Part shown: positions 1 to 9,577 of the stretch, in pieces
Position numbering within the stretch: position 1 is the first letter of the stretch
Layout: each line of letters opens with the position of its first letter
Origin: Vulcanimicrobiota bacterium
GTDB lineage: Bacteria > Vulcanimicrobiota > SpSt-956 > JAKJGF01
Direction: 5' to 3'
Assembly (NCBI GenBank): GCA_040217665.1
Contig: JBEHWP010000001.1
Span: 1-57,025, forward strand
DNA length: 57,025 bases
Notes under the pieces: generated by a model
The model's database searches: none
What the model was told of the DNA's origin: nothing
Seen by the model: the letters and a program-made list of their open reading frames with translations, nothing else
Position numbers and translations under genes: made by a program

Positions 1-255
1 TAAAATTTCCACACATTCCAGCATAGAACGACCCAATCGAGATAATTCACTTACAATAAGATTATCTCCTTTTTGTAATTCCTCTAAAACCTGCGCTATT
101 TTGCGCTGTTTCCAATGAACCTTTCCGGAAACTTTTTCTTCCATCCAGTGTACGGTTCCTAAATTATTATCATTAGCAAGAAAAATAAGATCTGTTTTAT
201 TTTTTTTCAAATCCTGCTCTTGTGTAGATACTCTGAGATAGCCAATTGTTTTCAT
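1..255 (-). CDS. Serine recombinase (resolvase/invertase family), N-terminal catalytic domain; the gene runs off the left edge
   Basis: Not in the ORF track. Reverse-strand ATG at 255-253 is preceded by GGAG. The translation MKTIGYLRVSTQEQDLKKNK...SELSRLGRSMLECVEIL has the GYxRVSTxxQ catalytic-serine motif and the SRLGR motif, and stays open to base 1. Confidence 0.8.
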   Translation of the reverse strand, partial: MKTIGYLRVSTQEQDLKKNKTDLIFLANDNNLGTVHWMEEKVSGKVHWKQRKIAQVLEELQKGDNLIVSELSRLGRSMLECVEIL

Positions 256-419
256 ATTTATAACTCCAATTCTCTTTAAAAGCATTTTTCATAGAAAAAA
301 TATAATAATTATTATATTATTTCCAGTGATTTTTTGAGAATATTTCTTATATTATAAAAGATCTTTTTTAATTAATTATCAAATAGTTTGTGAATTTCTT
401 TCTATTGATTTTACTACTT

Positions 420-1400
420 CTAATTAAGTTCGTTGGTTTTTGTCCGTTTGCTACTACGACCCCCAATTCGAAAATAATTTCGCCAGCCTCTGATAACCGG
501 ATTTAATTTTTCGACTATCTCCTTCAGAGGCATTTGTAATTTACCTCTTAATGTAGCCTGACGTATTACATTTCTTATTCCTTTCATAACTTTCTTTGAA
601 GGCCATAAATAAGGAATAAGTTTTCCAGTAGTTTTCGAATGACTCTTAAAGAAATAGAACTCCAGAAAATCAAAACCTTCTCTTTTAGGGTCAACAATCC
701 TGGTTTTATCCGGATGCAGCGATAATTTAAGAAGTTTCATTATCTGTTCGATGATTTTCTTTGCTTCAATGGCGTTCTGCCTGGTTCTACATATGACGCA
801 AAAATCGTCGGCATATCTGATTAATTTCCCAAATTTACTGTATTTCTCTGTCCAGAACATATCCAATACGTGAAGATATATATTGGCCAATAAAGGGCTT
901 ATCACTGCACCTTGTGGAGAGAGCCAATATCAGTCTTTTTCCTTATTCTATCTTCCATTACACCTGATTTCAGCCATTTTCTTATCAGTTTCAATACTTT
1001 ACGGTCACTTATTTTAGTAGAGAGATAAGAATATCGTGGTTCATATTATCAAAGAAACTTTTTATATCCGCATCTACTACCCACCAACCATAATAAAGTG
1101 ATTGTTTAACTGCAAGAACTGCTTCCTGTGCACTGCGTTTAGGACGGAACCCATAGGAACAATCCTGAAAATTAGCTTCGAATACTGGTTCTATAACTAT
1201 CTTACACGCCTGTTGAACTATTCTATCTTTAACAGTGGTTATTCCGAGCGGTCTTTTTGTACCATCAGATTTTGGAATGTAATACCTGAGAACCGGAAGA
1301 GGTAAATATTCCCCGTTCTTCAGCTCCTTCTCAATTTCTTTCAGATACTTTTCTACACCATAGTCTATAATCTTTTCTGACGTCGAAGGATTATGTCGTT
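420..1400 (-). pseudogene. Decayed group II intron-type reverse transcriptase/maturase (frameshifted, truncated)
   Basis: The minus-strand reading needs three frames. Frame 1: ...SEKIIDYGVEKYLKEIEKELKNGEYLPLPVLRYYIPKSDGTKRPLGITTVKDRIVQQACKIVIEPVFEANFQDCSYGFRPKRSAQEAV...VVDADIKSFFDNMNHDILISLLK(stop). Frame 2: KISDRKVLKLIRKWLKSGVMEDRIRKKTDIGS. Frame 3: LSPQGAVISPLLANIYLHVLD...IRYADDFCVICRT...LNPVIRGWRNYFRIG. This gives RT blocks with the YADD motif plus the maturase X motif. There are disruptions near 1010 and 925, and the N-terminus is absent. Confidence 0.8.
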
Positions 1401-1577
1401 TTTCGGACCGGATTCTTTGTCAAATTTCTAACCGGATTTTACAATAGGTGCTGGAGGTGGAAAATACCTCAACTTTATTGCCTTTGTACTACGAAAAAAA
1501 TGATAGAACCTGACTTGTTCCCGAGATTCAAATCATTTTTCAACACAATCACAGTTTATATTCCGTTTTCATGATAA

Positions 1578-3539
1578 TTGACATGGATTATAATAGGTGA
1601 TAAACTGTATTCAGATTTTTTCAATGAATTTAGCTCCAATGATGAGAGGAAAGTAGTTATTATGTCAGAGTTAATACAAAAAATAAGTTCTTCTCTGGTT
1701 AAGAAGTTTAAAGAAATTGCAAATCCAGATGAAAAAATACATTTTTGTATTGAAGGGATCAAAGGGAATGCCTTAATAGGAACAAATAAGAAGGTTTATT
1801 CCATAACAAGCGGTTCATTTAAGGGTACACTTTGTTATTGCTATAGTTATGATAATATAGCAGATATTAAATTAATCCCCCCTCTACACGGTGATAATAT
1901 TACCTTATCTATAATCCCTCAGAAAAAAGATAATAAAGAATTAAAACAGAGATTATATTTTCAGCCTGAACAAAATAATTTACTTAAACAGGTACTTGCT
2001 AAAATATCTTCTCTCAGTAAAACCTATACATATATAGAACCTATAAAAGAGATATCCCTTCATCAAAGTTCAACTGAATTTATTGTACCTATGAAGAATG
2101 TTCTTGGAAAGTTATATGAGAAACATATAAAATCCTCTGAAAAAGTAGTTATTTGCATTTCTATAGGAGATCATCAGGGCCTTGTATGTACAAATGAACG
2201 TCTTGTCATATTTAAAATTACCGAAGATAAAATATCTAAAATAGGTATATTCCCTCTTGAAGAAATTCTGGATGTAGAATATTCCGTAGGACTTGTAACA
2301 GGATACCTGCAAATTATTACACCGAAAGTTCATGTCATAAAAAAGAAATTACGGGAACAGGAACTTATTAATATTGAAAATATTATCTCTTTTGGCAAAA
2401 AAAATTATGGCGAACTTATGGAGGATGTTTCTAAAAGATTGGAAGCACTTATTAAAAATGCAAGAAGAAAAAAAGACACCTCAAGAGAAATAAAAAATTT
2501 ATCTGCTCAGAGAGAAGAAGAAACAGTTAGAAAAGATAAAAAAAATATTTTTGAAGAAGAAATAGAAGAAATAACACTGGAATATGAAGAGGGCCCATTT
2601 CAGGATATAGAAGAAATTATTTCTAAACCGGCACAGGAAAATATGCCTCCCCTGGATGAACTGGCACAGAAACTTTCAGAAGAGATAATAGAAGAAATCA
2701 AGTCAGATGAACAATCTTTTTATTATTCCAGAGATATAGTAAAACAGATTTCTCAGGAAGTCGTTAAACATTCTTTCCCGGAACTCATATCAAGCACATT
2801 ACCTGATAATATTACTGAACTGGTAATGAAATATCTGGCCCAACGGAATGTAAAAATTATACGTACCGATGATAATTTTTTAGAAGAAACCCAGGGATTG
2901 AATGATTCTGATAATATAGAGATTGCCGAACTGGATTTTGATGAATTTTCCATAGAACCAGAAGAGACACCTGAAGTTTCTACAAAACCTGCTATTCCCG
3001 CCAGAACTGTAGAGAAAACAATAATAACTTCCTACAAAGAAGGGAAAGAAAAGAATTTCGTAAAATCCGCACAATCTATTCAGGTAAGTACAGATAAAGT
3101 AAAATCAGTAACTTCTCTGAAATCTGCCGGAAATAAAGAGGCCAAATCTGAATATAAAGGAAAGGTTTCTGTACAAAAAATTCCGGCTGTAGAAAAAAAA
3201 CTGGCAGATTTCACTGCACTTAAAAATATATCCGCCGCTCTTCTGGTAGATGGGAAATATGGAAATATAGTCTGTAAGTCTGTTGTAGAAGCTGTTAATT
3301 ATGATAAACCCTCCAAAATTGCAAGTGATATTATAAAATTCATTAAGTCTTCCAGAGAGTCTGCAAAAGGAAACTTTATACCTCAGTGGAAAACAGAATA
3401 TGAACAGGGTATAGTTTATATAGAGGAAATTAATTTGAATTATCTTCTTATGATTGTAGGAACAGAAAAAAGTAATTTTGCCACTCTCAAGATGTTTATA
3501 GAAAAGCACAAGGAAGAATTGAAAAAAGAATTAATTTAA
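1578..3539 (+). CDS. Hypothetical multidomain protein: two PH-like (bacterial PH/YokE-type) modules, an acidic low-complexity linker and a C-terminal Roadblock/LC7-like domain
   Basis: 653-aa ORF; the likelier start is ATG 1662 (MSELIQK, preceded by GAGAGGAAAG). Two similar modules: EKIHFCIEGIKGNALIGTNKKVYSI and EKVVICISIGDHQGLVCTNERLVIFKI. The middle is E/K-rich. The last ~110 aa (ISAALLVDGKYGNIVCKS...GIVYIEEINLNYLLMIVGTEKSN) have the alternating pattern of a Roadblock/MglB-type fold. Domain calls rest on pattern only. Confidence 0.5.
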   Translation: MTWIIIGDKLYSDFFNEFSSNDERKVVIMSELIQKISSSLVKKFKEIANPDEKIHFCIEGIKGNALIGTNKKVYSITSGSFKGTLCYCYSYDNIADIKLIPPLHGDNITLSIIPQKKDNKELKQRLYFQPEQNNLLKQVLAKISSLSKTYTYIEPIKEISLHQSSTEFIVPMKNVLGKLYEKHIKSSEKVVICISIGDHQGLVCTNERLVIFKITEDKISKIGIFPLEEILDVEYSVGLVTGYLQIITPKVHVIKKKLREQELINIENIISFGKKNYGELMEDVSKRLEALIKNARRKKDTSREIKNLSAQREEETVRKDKKNIFEEEIEEITLEYEEGPFQDIEEIISKPAQENMPPLDELAQKLSEEIIEEIKSDEQSFYYSRDIVKQISQEVVKHSFPELISSTLPDNITELVMKYLAQRNVKIIRTDDNFLEETQGLNDSDNIEIAELDFDEFSIEPEETPEVSTKPAIPARTVEKTIITSYKEGKEKNFVKSAQSIQVSTDKVKSVTSLKSAGNKEAKSEYKGKVSVQKIPAVEKKLADFTALKNISAALLVDGKYGNIVCKSVVEAVNYDKPSKIASDIIKFIKSSRESAKGNFIPQWKTEYEQGIVYIEEINLNYLLMIVGTEKSNFATLKMFIEKHKEELKKELI

Positions 3540-4385
3540 TATATTATTGTTGGGAGAAAATTCTTTCAGATTTTCAAAGAAGACTGCTTCTATTTTGAAA
3601 TCACTCAATTTATCCTGCATAATTACTTTTTCTATTTTACCTTCATCTTCTATGGAAGGAAACAGCTTTAATACTCTATCTGACCCACGAACCGGTAATA
3701 TTTCAAAGAGATAACCATCGGGCATAGGCGGAAGCTGTTCGTAAAATTCCCTGTTTTTTTCAAGATCTATTTCCTCGTAAATATGTCCGTCAAGGGTTTT
3801 TATAGAAAATTTAAACCGGTTAAAATCTACGGAATTGGTTGAATTATTACCTGCGTCTATTTGAAAACAGGACATAGATAGATTATTGAAATAGTCAAAA
3901 GACGGAGTGGCTATGGAAAAATTGAATATATCATTTTTATAAAATCCATAATGAAAATAAGGAATTAAAGAGCATTTTTTCTGAATCCTGTGAAGAGAAG
4001 CTATATGACTGGCAATGTTTTTATCACCTGTCAGTTCGTAATATTCGGTGTATAACCTTATAGCTACAACAATAGATTTATACTGTTCAAAACTATCTCT
4101 ATCTGTAAAAAAATCCTCCAGTGATTTTACGTGTTTTATATAAGCAAATCCGCCTGATACAGAACTTACAGGGTCATGCGGGAGATTAAGATAAAAATTC
4201 ATATAATTATCAGATTTTATTACCAGTTCTTTTTTATCATTTATATCACCGTATTTAATAAAAGTATCTTCCAGCTTTTTTGCTTCTCTGAGTAACTGAA
4301 GTGCGTATTCACTGTCGTAATACTGTGAAAAAGCTATGCTACTGAGCATGAATAAAAAAAATATTATTGGAGACAGAATTTTCAT
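3531..4385 (-). CDS. Hypothetical exported protein
   Basis: 284-aa ORF with an N-terminal signal-like segment, MKILSPIIFFLFMLSSIAFSQ. No recognisable catalytic motif. Confidence 0.55.
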   Translation of the reverse strand: MKILSPIIFFLFMLSSIAFSQYYDSEYALQLLREAKKLEDTFIKYGDINDKKELVIKSDNYMNFYLNLPHDPVSSVSGGFAYIKHVKSLEDFFTDRDSFEQYKSIVVAIRLYTEYYELTGDKNIASHIASLHRIQKKCSLIPYFHYGFYKNDIFNFSIATPSFDYFNNLSMSCFQIDAGNNSTNSVDFNRFKFSIKTLDGHIYEEIDLEKNREFYEQLPPMPDGYLFEILPVRGSDRVLKLFPSIEDEGKIEKVIMQDKLSDFKIEAVFFENLKEFSPNNNILN

Positions 4386-4428
4386 AATAAGAAACCTCGA
4401 ATATATATTTTAAAAATGGTCAATATTT

Positions 4429-5070
4429 TTAATATTTAGTCAGAGGATCCAGTTTGAGCAATTTTTCATCCATATCAAAGTATGGCACCTTTATAGTCTG
4501 GGTTATAAAGTTGGCTATATAACCGTTTGTTTTCTGCGGGTCAGGTATACCTCTGAGTTTATCTATTTCAAATTTCAATTCCGATGATCGTCTATTGAGC
4601 ATTTTTATTTCTTCAAAACGGTTCAATAAATATTCTCTCAATTTATTATATTCATCTGCAAGCTGTCCAATTTTTTCCGTAGCTTCAGCATATTCAGCAC
4701 CTTTTCCTTCAACCTCTGCCACCTGAGCTGCATCAAGATTCTGTCTTTTCTGTGCTGCCACTGCTTCCTGAAGCTGTTTTCTGAAACTCAGAATTGTTTC
4801 TAATTCCTTATTTTCTTTTTTTATTTCTTCCGTATTATCTTTTAATTTCTGTCCGAGCTGTCTGACCTGTTCCTGGACGGCGGTTCTCAATGAACCGTCT
4901 CTTGCCATGTCTGCCTCAATCCTTAAAAGACCGAGCCTTGCTTCAAGGGCTTTTCTGTCTTCCTGTAGTTTCTGTATATTAGCCCTTACAGACATTTCTT
5001 TTTCTCCGATAGATTTTAATTTTTTCTCTGCAGAAAGTATTTGCTGGGCTATAGTTTGTTCGGAATCCAT
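4429..5070 (-). CDS. Coiled-coil protein of unknown function
   Basis: 213-aa ORF rich in heptad-like E/K/Q/L runs (KALEARLGLLRIEADMARD..., KKENKELETILSFRKQLQEAVAAQKR). Same strand as the flanking genes. Confidence 0.55.
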   Translation of the reverse strand: MDSEQTIAQQILSAEKKLKSIGEKEMSVRANIQKLQEDRKALEARLGLLRIEADMARDGSLRTAVQEQVRQLGQKLKDNTEEIKKENKELETILSFRKQLQEAVAAQKRQNLDAAQVAEVEGKGAEYAEATEKIGQLADEYNKLREYLLNRFEEIKMLNRRSSELKFEIDKLRGIPDPQKTNGYIANFITQTIKVPYFDMDEKLLKLDPLTKY

Positions 5071-5190
5071 AAAAAATCTCCTTTATAATAAAATTTGCAT
5101 AAAATTAATTATAACACGGAGGCTATCTATAATCAACAGGCTTTTGCCTCCGCCAAAAGCCTTCAATTTGTAAAGTGAGATGAGATTTAA

Positions 5191-6027
5191 CTATGACTTT
5201 GATAAGCTGAGCAATTTATCAACGATTCCTTTTGATAATTTATTAATCTGTGTTTCCTGTTTCTTTAATATAATCTTAATAGCTTCATTCGATAATTTTT
5301 TCAATAGTTCATTATCTGTTTCTTTATACAGTTCAGCCAGAGGAAGGATACATTCCTCTTTACCTGTTTTGCTCAGAGCCTGTATGGCACATATTTTAAG
5401 TTCCATATCGTCTTCTTTAAGTATATTTAAAAGATGTTCCGTAGCTTTTTCATCACCGAGAAGGCCCAGGAATTCAATAGCCTGCTCTCTGCATAGAGAA
5501 GTTTTATCATTAAGTATCTCTATTAATGGCTCAACGACACTGTATGGATCAATTTGTATCAATGCTTCTATCATACTTCTCATTAATAATATATCATCTT
5601 CTTTAATGGCATCAATCAGATGTTTCACTGCTTTCCTGTTCCCTATTTTGGCCAGAGCATCTATTGCACCGAGTCTAATAAAATAAAAAAAAGGACTGTC
5701 GTCTTTCAGCATCATGGCTATATCATCTATAGCTTTTATATCTCCCAGTTCTCCGAGAGATATAAGAGCAGACATGATGACTCTTATGTCGGGATCTTTT
5801 AATTTTTCGACGATATATTTTAGAGCTCCGTATTCTTTACGAGCGGCCAGCAGATCGACAGAAAATTTCCTTATTAATGGATCACTATCATTGAGGGATT
5901 TAATCAGCAGAGGCAATACACTTTTATTCTTTGATTGTCTGAGTTGTAAATAAGATTGTTCTCTTGTTTTCTCATCGTAACTGACAAGTAATTTTATTAA
6001 AGAAATAATTTTCTCTTCCTGTTTCAT
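5191..6027 (-). CDS. HEAT-repeat (PBS-lyase HEAT-like) protein
   Basis: Repeated ~31-aa units of the type D..IR..A...LGE.GD.KA...L...LKD (e.g. DPDIRVIMSALISLGELGDIKAIDDI, LCREQAIEFLGLLGDEKATEHLLNIL). Confidence 0.7.
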   Translation of the reverse strand: MKQEEKIISLIKLLVSYDEKTREQSYLQLRQSKNKSVLPLLIKSLNDSDPLIRKFSVDLLAARKEYGALKYIVEKLKDPDIRVIMSALISLGELGDIKAIDDIAMMLKDDSPFFYFIRLGAIDALAKIGNRKAVKHLIDAIKEDDILLMRSMIEALIQIDPYSVVEPLIEILNDKTSLCREQAIEFLGLLGDEKATEHLLNILKEDDMELKICAIQALSKTGKEECILPLAELYKETDNELLKKLSNEAIKIILKKQETQINKLSKGIVDKLLSLSKS

Positions 6028-6078
6028 ATTATTCTGACTTCCGGGAATTATAAATTACCTTTCTTTATTTCTTTACAA

Positions 6079-6136
6079 CTAAAAATTGAATAGATTATTT
6101 TTTACAGTTTTTAAAATCTCTGCAAAAGTATAGTTT
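6079..6136 (+). repeat. Intergenic repeat shared with 30015-30070 (inverted)
   Basis: ctaaaaattgaatagattattttttacagtttttaaaatctctgcaaaagtatagttt versus the reverse complement of 30015-30070, ctaaaaattgaatagattatttttttacagttttaaaaatctgtaaaagtatagtt. The first 25 nt are identical. Confidence 0.8.
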
Positions 6137-6269
6137 CTTTTATAATAATGAGATTATAACACAGTACATACAAGAATACAATGTTATACAGGTAAAGAGA
6201 GAAGCATGTCAATAAATAAGTGATAACTATTTTTTTTGAATCCTTAATCTGTTATAATATTTAAAGGAG

Positions 6270-8138
6270 ATGATTAGAGAAGGAGATGTTTTATTGAAAA
6301 AAAGTATAATTTTAATTGTTTTTCTATTCATGTCAACTACTGTTTCTTTATCGGCTGAAACCATAGATCGGCTTATTCTGAATTTAGGTTCTTCCGATGA
6401 TACCCTGAGCCAGTATGCAGTATGGAGACTGGTTGATATAGGTTCACAGGCAGTAGACCCTCTTATAAAAGCTCTTAACAGTGATAATAAAGACTTACGA
6501 ATAAGGTCTGCTATGGTACTCGGAATGGTCGGAGATAGAAAAGCATTTCAGCCTCTCATAGATCTGTTGAATGAAGGGGATAAAGAGCTTCAGGCTTCAG
6601 CAATTACTGCCCTGTCCGGTTTTAAAGACAGTGCAGATATGCTTTTCCCCTACCTTTCTAACAGTGATGACACGATCAGAATGAATACTATTGTAGGGAT
6701 TTATAATACCGGAAATACAGCCGCAATAGATAAATTAAAGCCGAAACTTATAGATTTTATTCAAAACGACAGCAGTGCAGACGTCCGTTATTATTCCGTT
6801 AAAATACTTGGAAGTTTTAAAGATAGAAACACAATTTCATTTGTAAGAAATGCTCTGAGAGATGAAGCTGGTAGAGTACGTCTGGGGGCGGCAGAATGCC
6901 TTGTCGGACTGGCAGATAATTCCTGTATAAAACCTCTTATAAATGTTCTCGACGACGAACGGCATATGGTAAGACATCAGGCTATACTTATACTTACTTC
7001 TTTTGGTGACAGTGCAATCAGGGATCTGACAGAAGCATTAAAAGACACGTCTTCATCAGATACAAAAAAAGCTCAGATAGCTCTTGTTCTTGGTAAGATA
7101 AAGAGTCCGAAATCATATGAAGCACTTCTTGAATCATTAAATATTGCTAACGGTGACATAAGACACAATGTTTTCTGGGCTTTGAGTCACAGCGGAGATA
7201 GCCAGGTAGAAAATTTACTTATGGAAGCTCTTTTTCATGACGATTCTGCCATAAGGTTAAGTGCCAGTAATGCTCTTTCAAATATTAATCATGCCCTTCC
7301 TATCGATTATATGCTGAAAGCCCTTTACTGCGACAGGATTGATGTAAGGCGCTTTGCTGCCCTGGAATTATGGAAATGTAACGCTCCTTCATCTATAAAA
7401 CCACTGGTAGATGCAATGAAAGATGAAGATTACTTTGTCCAGAGATATGCGGCAGAATCTTTAATAAATATGAACAATTCTCAGGCAGTGCCTTTACTTA
7501 TAGGAAATCTATCGGCACAGGATGAGGTCGTCAGAGGTATATCTGCTTATGTATTATCCAATATAACACTTGATAGATCTACAGTTCCGTTACTTATCAA
7601 GGCCCTGGGCGATAGTGATTCTGTCGTAAGACTCTATGCAGCAGATGCTCTTGGCAAAACAGGAGATTCCTCTGCAGCAGGCCCTTTAATTGATACCCTC
7701 CGTGATCCCGAACCGGTAGTCATATTATATGCAGTAAAAGCTTTAAAAAATTTTCCTTCCCATAATACTGTTACAGCTCTTATTAATATGGCCGGTCATG
7801 AAGTATGGCAGATAAGGAGTGAAACTGCACGATCCCTTGGAGTATTAAGATCTCCTCTGGCAGTTTCATCGTTAACAGGGTTATTGAATGATACAAATCC
7901 GGATGTGAGAAAATATTCAGCAGAAGCTCTTGGAAATATAGGAGACAGAACTGCAGTTCCGGCCGTTACATTAAAACTTAATGATGAATACAGTTCTGTT
8001 AGAGCCAGTGCAGCAGAAGCTCTCGGTAAACTCGGAGATAAAAGTGTATTGTCTTTACTCAAAGACAGATTAAATAATGAAGAAAGTATTTTAACAATAA
8101 AAGCTATTCAGGAAGCTGTAAAAAAACTTGAACAATAG
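6270..8138 (+). CDS. Exported HEAT-repeat protein (about 18 PBS-lyase HEAT-like repeats)
   Basis: 622-aa ORF. The likely start is TTG 6294, 8 nt after AAGGAG, giving the signal peptide KKSIILIVFLFMSTTVSLSA. Many D..VR..AA.ALG.IGD..AV..LI..L repeats. Confidence 0.75.
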   Translation: MIREGDVLLKKSIILIVFLFMSTTVSLSAETIDRLILNLGSSDDTLSQYAVWRLVDIGSQAVDPLIKALNSDNKDLRIRSAMVLGMVGDRKAFQPLIDLLNEGDKELQASAITALSGFKDSADMLFPYLSNSDDTIRMNTIVGIYNTGNTAAIDKLKPKLIDFIQNDSSADVRYYSVKILGSFKDRNTISFVRNALRDEAGRVRLGAAECLVGLADNSCIKPLINVLDDERHMVRHQAILILTSFGDSAIRDLTEALKDTSSSDTKKAQIALVLGKIKSPKSYEALLESLNIANGDIRHNVFWALSHSGDSQVENLLMEALFHDDSAIRLSASNALSNINHALPIDYMLKALYCDRIDVRRFAALELWKCNAPSSIKPLVDAMKDEDYFVQRYAAESLINMNNSQAVPLLIGNLSAQDEVVRGISAYVLSNITLDRSTVPLLIKALGDSDSVVRLYAADALGKTGDSSAAGPLIDTLRDPEPVVILYAVKALKNFPSHNTVTALINMAGHEVWQIRSETARSLGVLRSPLAVSSLTGLLNDTNPDVRKYSAEALGNIGDRTAVPAVTLKLNDEYSSVRASAAEALGKLGDKSVLSLLKDRLNNEESILTIKAIQEAVKKLEQ

Positions 8139-8170
8139 CCACAAGGCGAAAACATTAATTTTTTGGGAAG

Positions 8171-9232
8171 GTGGTTTTTATGAAAACATTGTTCCTTTTC
8201 TTATCAATTTTTTTCATGTTCTTTATGTCAGGCTGTGATTATTTAACATTAAATACAGATGAAGAGATTCTTATGGGAGAACAGGTGGCTTTACAGGTAG
8301 AATCTTATTATGATATTTATAGAGATCCTGCAACAAATGCAAGGATTCAGAAGATAGGACGGGATCTGTCCAGATTTACAACAAGACCGTACCCCTTTAA
8401 ATTTACTGTTCTGGATTCAGACGAAGTAAATGCTTTTGCTCTTCCGGGCGGACATATCTATATATTCCGCGGTCTTCTGGATATGGTTTTGAATGATGAT
8501 CAGATAGCGGCAATTATTGCCCATGAAATTACCCATATAGAGGCCCAGCATTTTGCCCAGGTATATGAGAGAGTGAAAAGAAAAGAAATCTTTTATAATG
8601 TAGCAATTCTGGCTACAGGAGGAGTAGCATACAGACCTATACAGGTATTGTCCTATCTTGATGCCTATGTATTTGAACCTAAATTCAGTCGTGAGAATGA
8701 AACAGAATGTGATATGTCCAGTGTTCAAATGCTTATTAATTCCGGCAGAAACCCCCACGAATTTGCTGAGCTGTTTAAAATATGGGAAAAAGAAAAAATG
8801 GATACGAACTGGCTTCCTGGATGGATGAACAGTCATCCTGATTTTATAACAAGGATAAGAAATATTGAAGAAGAAATTTCACTTCAGACAGGTCGCCTGA
8901 ATCATAGTAACATACATTCTGGAACAGTCACTAAAGGTTCTGTTTCTGAAAGAGAAGAAGAAAAAAGTAATGAACCGGAAGAGGAACTGTCTGATTATCT
9001 ATGTATCGAACATAACCATGACAGTATAAAAATAAAATGGACAGGTAAAGAGGGAAAAATATGTAAAATCGAATGTTACGGTCTGAATAAAAAACAGAGG
9101 ATCATAGCTGATGGGAGAACTGTTTTTGCCCCTTTTACAATAGAACTCAAAAATGGCAATTCAGTAAAATATGTTATAGCTTCAGTAAAATATACTGACG
9201 GAGAATTTCTATGGGATATAATTAAAATTTAA
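8171..9232 (+). CDS. M48-family zinc metallopeptidase lipoprotein with a C-terminal extension
   Basis: The likely start is ATG 8180: MKTLFLFLSIFFMFFMSGC (lipobox-like SGC). Has the HEXXH motif AIIAHEITHIEAQH and VNAFALPGGHIYIF, which is typical of M48/BepA-like peptidases. Confidence 0.8.
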   Translation: MVFMKTLFLFLSIFFMFFMSGCDYLTLNTDEEILMGEQVALQVESYYDIYRDPATNARIQKIGRDLSRFTTRPYPFKFTVLDSDEVNAFALPGGHIYIFRGLLDMVLNDDQIAAIIAHEITHIEAQHFAQVYERVKRKEIFYNVAILATGGVAYRPIQVLSYLDAYVFEPKFSRENETECDMSSVQMLINSGRNPHEFAELFKIWEKEKMDTNWLPGWMNSHPDFITRIRNIEEEISLQTGRLNHSNIHSGTVTKGSVSEREEEKSNEPEEELSDYLCIEHNHDSIKIKWTGKEGKICKIECYGLNKKQRIIADGRTVFAPFTIELKNGNSVKYVIASVKYTDGEFLWDIIKI

Positions 9233-9249
9233 TCATCTGGAGATTGTAA

Positions 9250-9463
9250 AAATCAATTTTTCCTGGCACCTATCATGACCTTACCATAGCGCACCATATA
9301 ATCTTCAGGTATTACCTGTTCTCTGATAACTGGACAAAAAATAACCATTTCCTGTTCCAATATCCAGAACATTCTTACAGACAGGCAACCAATGTTTTAT
9401 CATGAAACTATAATACCGTAAATATATATCTACCTGCAATTTAAGCTGATCATCTATAATCTA
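9250..9463 (-). pseudogene. Possible relic of a class I SAM-dependent methyltransferase
   Basis: The minus-strand frame reads ...IKHWLPVCKNVLDIGTGNGYFLSSYQRTGNT(stop). VLDIGTGNG matches SAM-binding motif I, but there is no start codon and the reading breaks after about 50 codons. Weak. Confidence 0.25.
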
Positions 9464-9577
9464 TTCGAGAGATAACCAGGTTCCGAATTTATTACTCCTT
9501 TTATGCTTCCTATATGGATAGAGCTTACAGACCATACCTGTTCAAAGATTCCTGAGCAGATACGTTACGGATAAAAA

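Noticed and set aside
1102-1305. A 67-aa plus-strand ORF.
   Set aside because: It is antisense to the clearly recognisable RT blocks of the pseudogene.
256-2000. Whether an intact, mobile group II intron is present.
   Set aside because: The RT ORF is broken and truncated at both ends. No domain V/VI-like structure follows it. An unrelated gene begins at 1578-1662, where intron domains I-IV would have to lie.
5180-5953. Plus-strand ORFs of 168, 60 and 79 aa opposite the HEAT-repeat gene. Similar antisense ORFs lie at 11894-12427, 15957-16460, 25231-25638, 44711-44988, 49485-49841, 50542-50967 and 52999-53655.
   Set aside because: All lie entirely within better-supported genes on the other strand. 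Their translations are compositionally odd (F/I/S/L-rich) and lack motifs, so I treat them as spurious.
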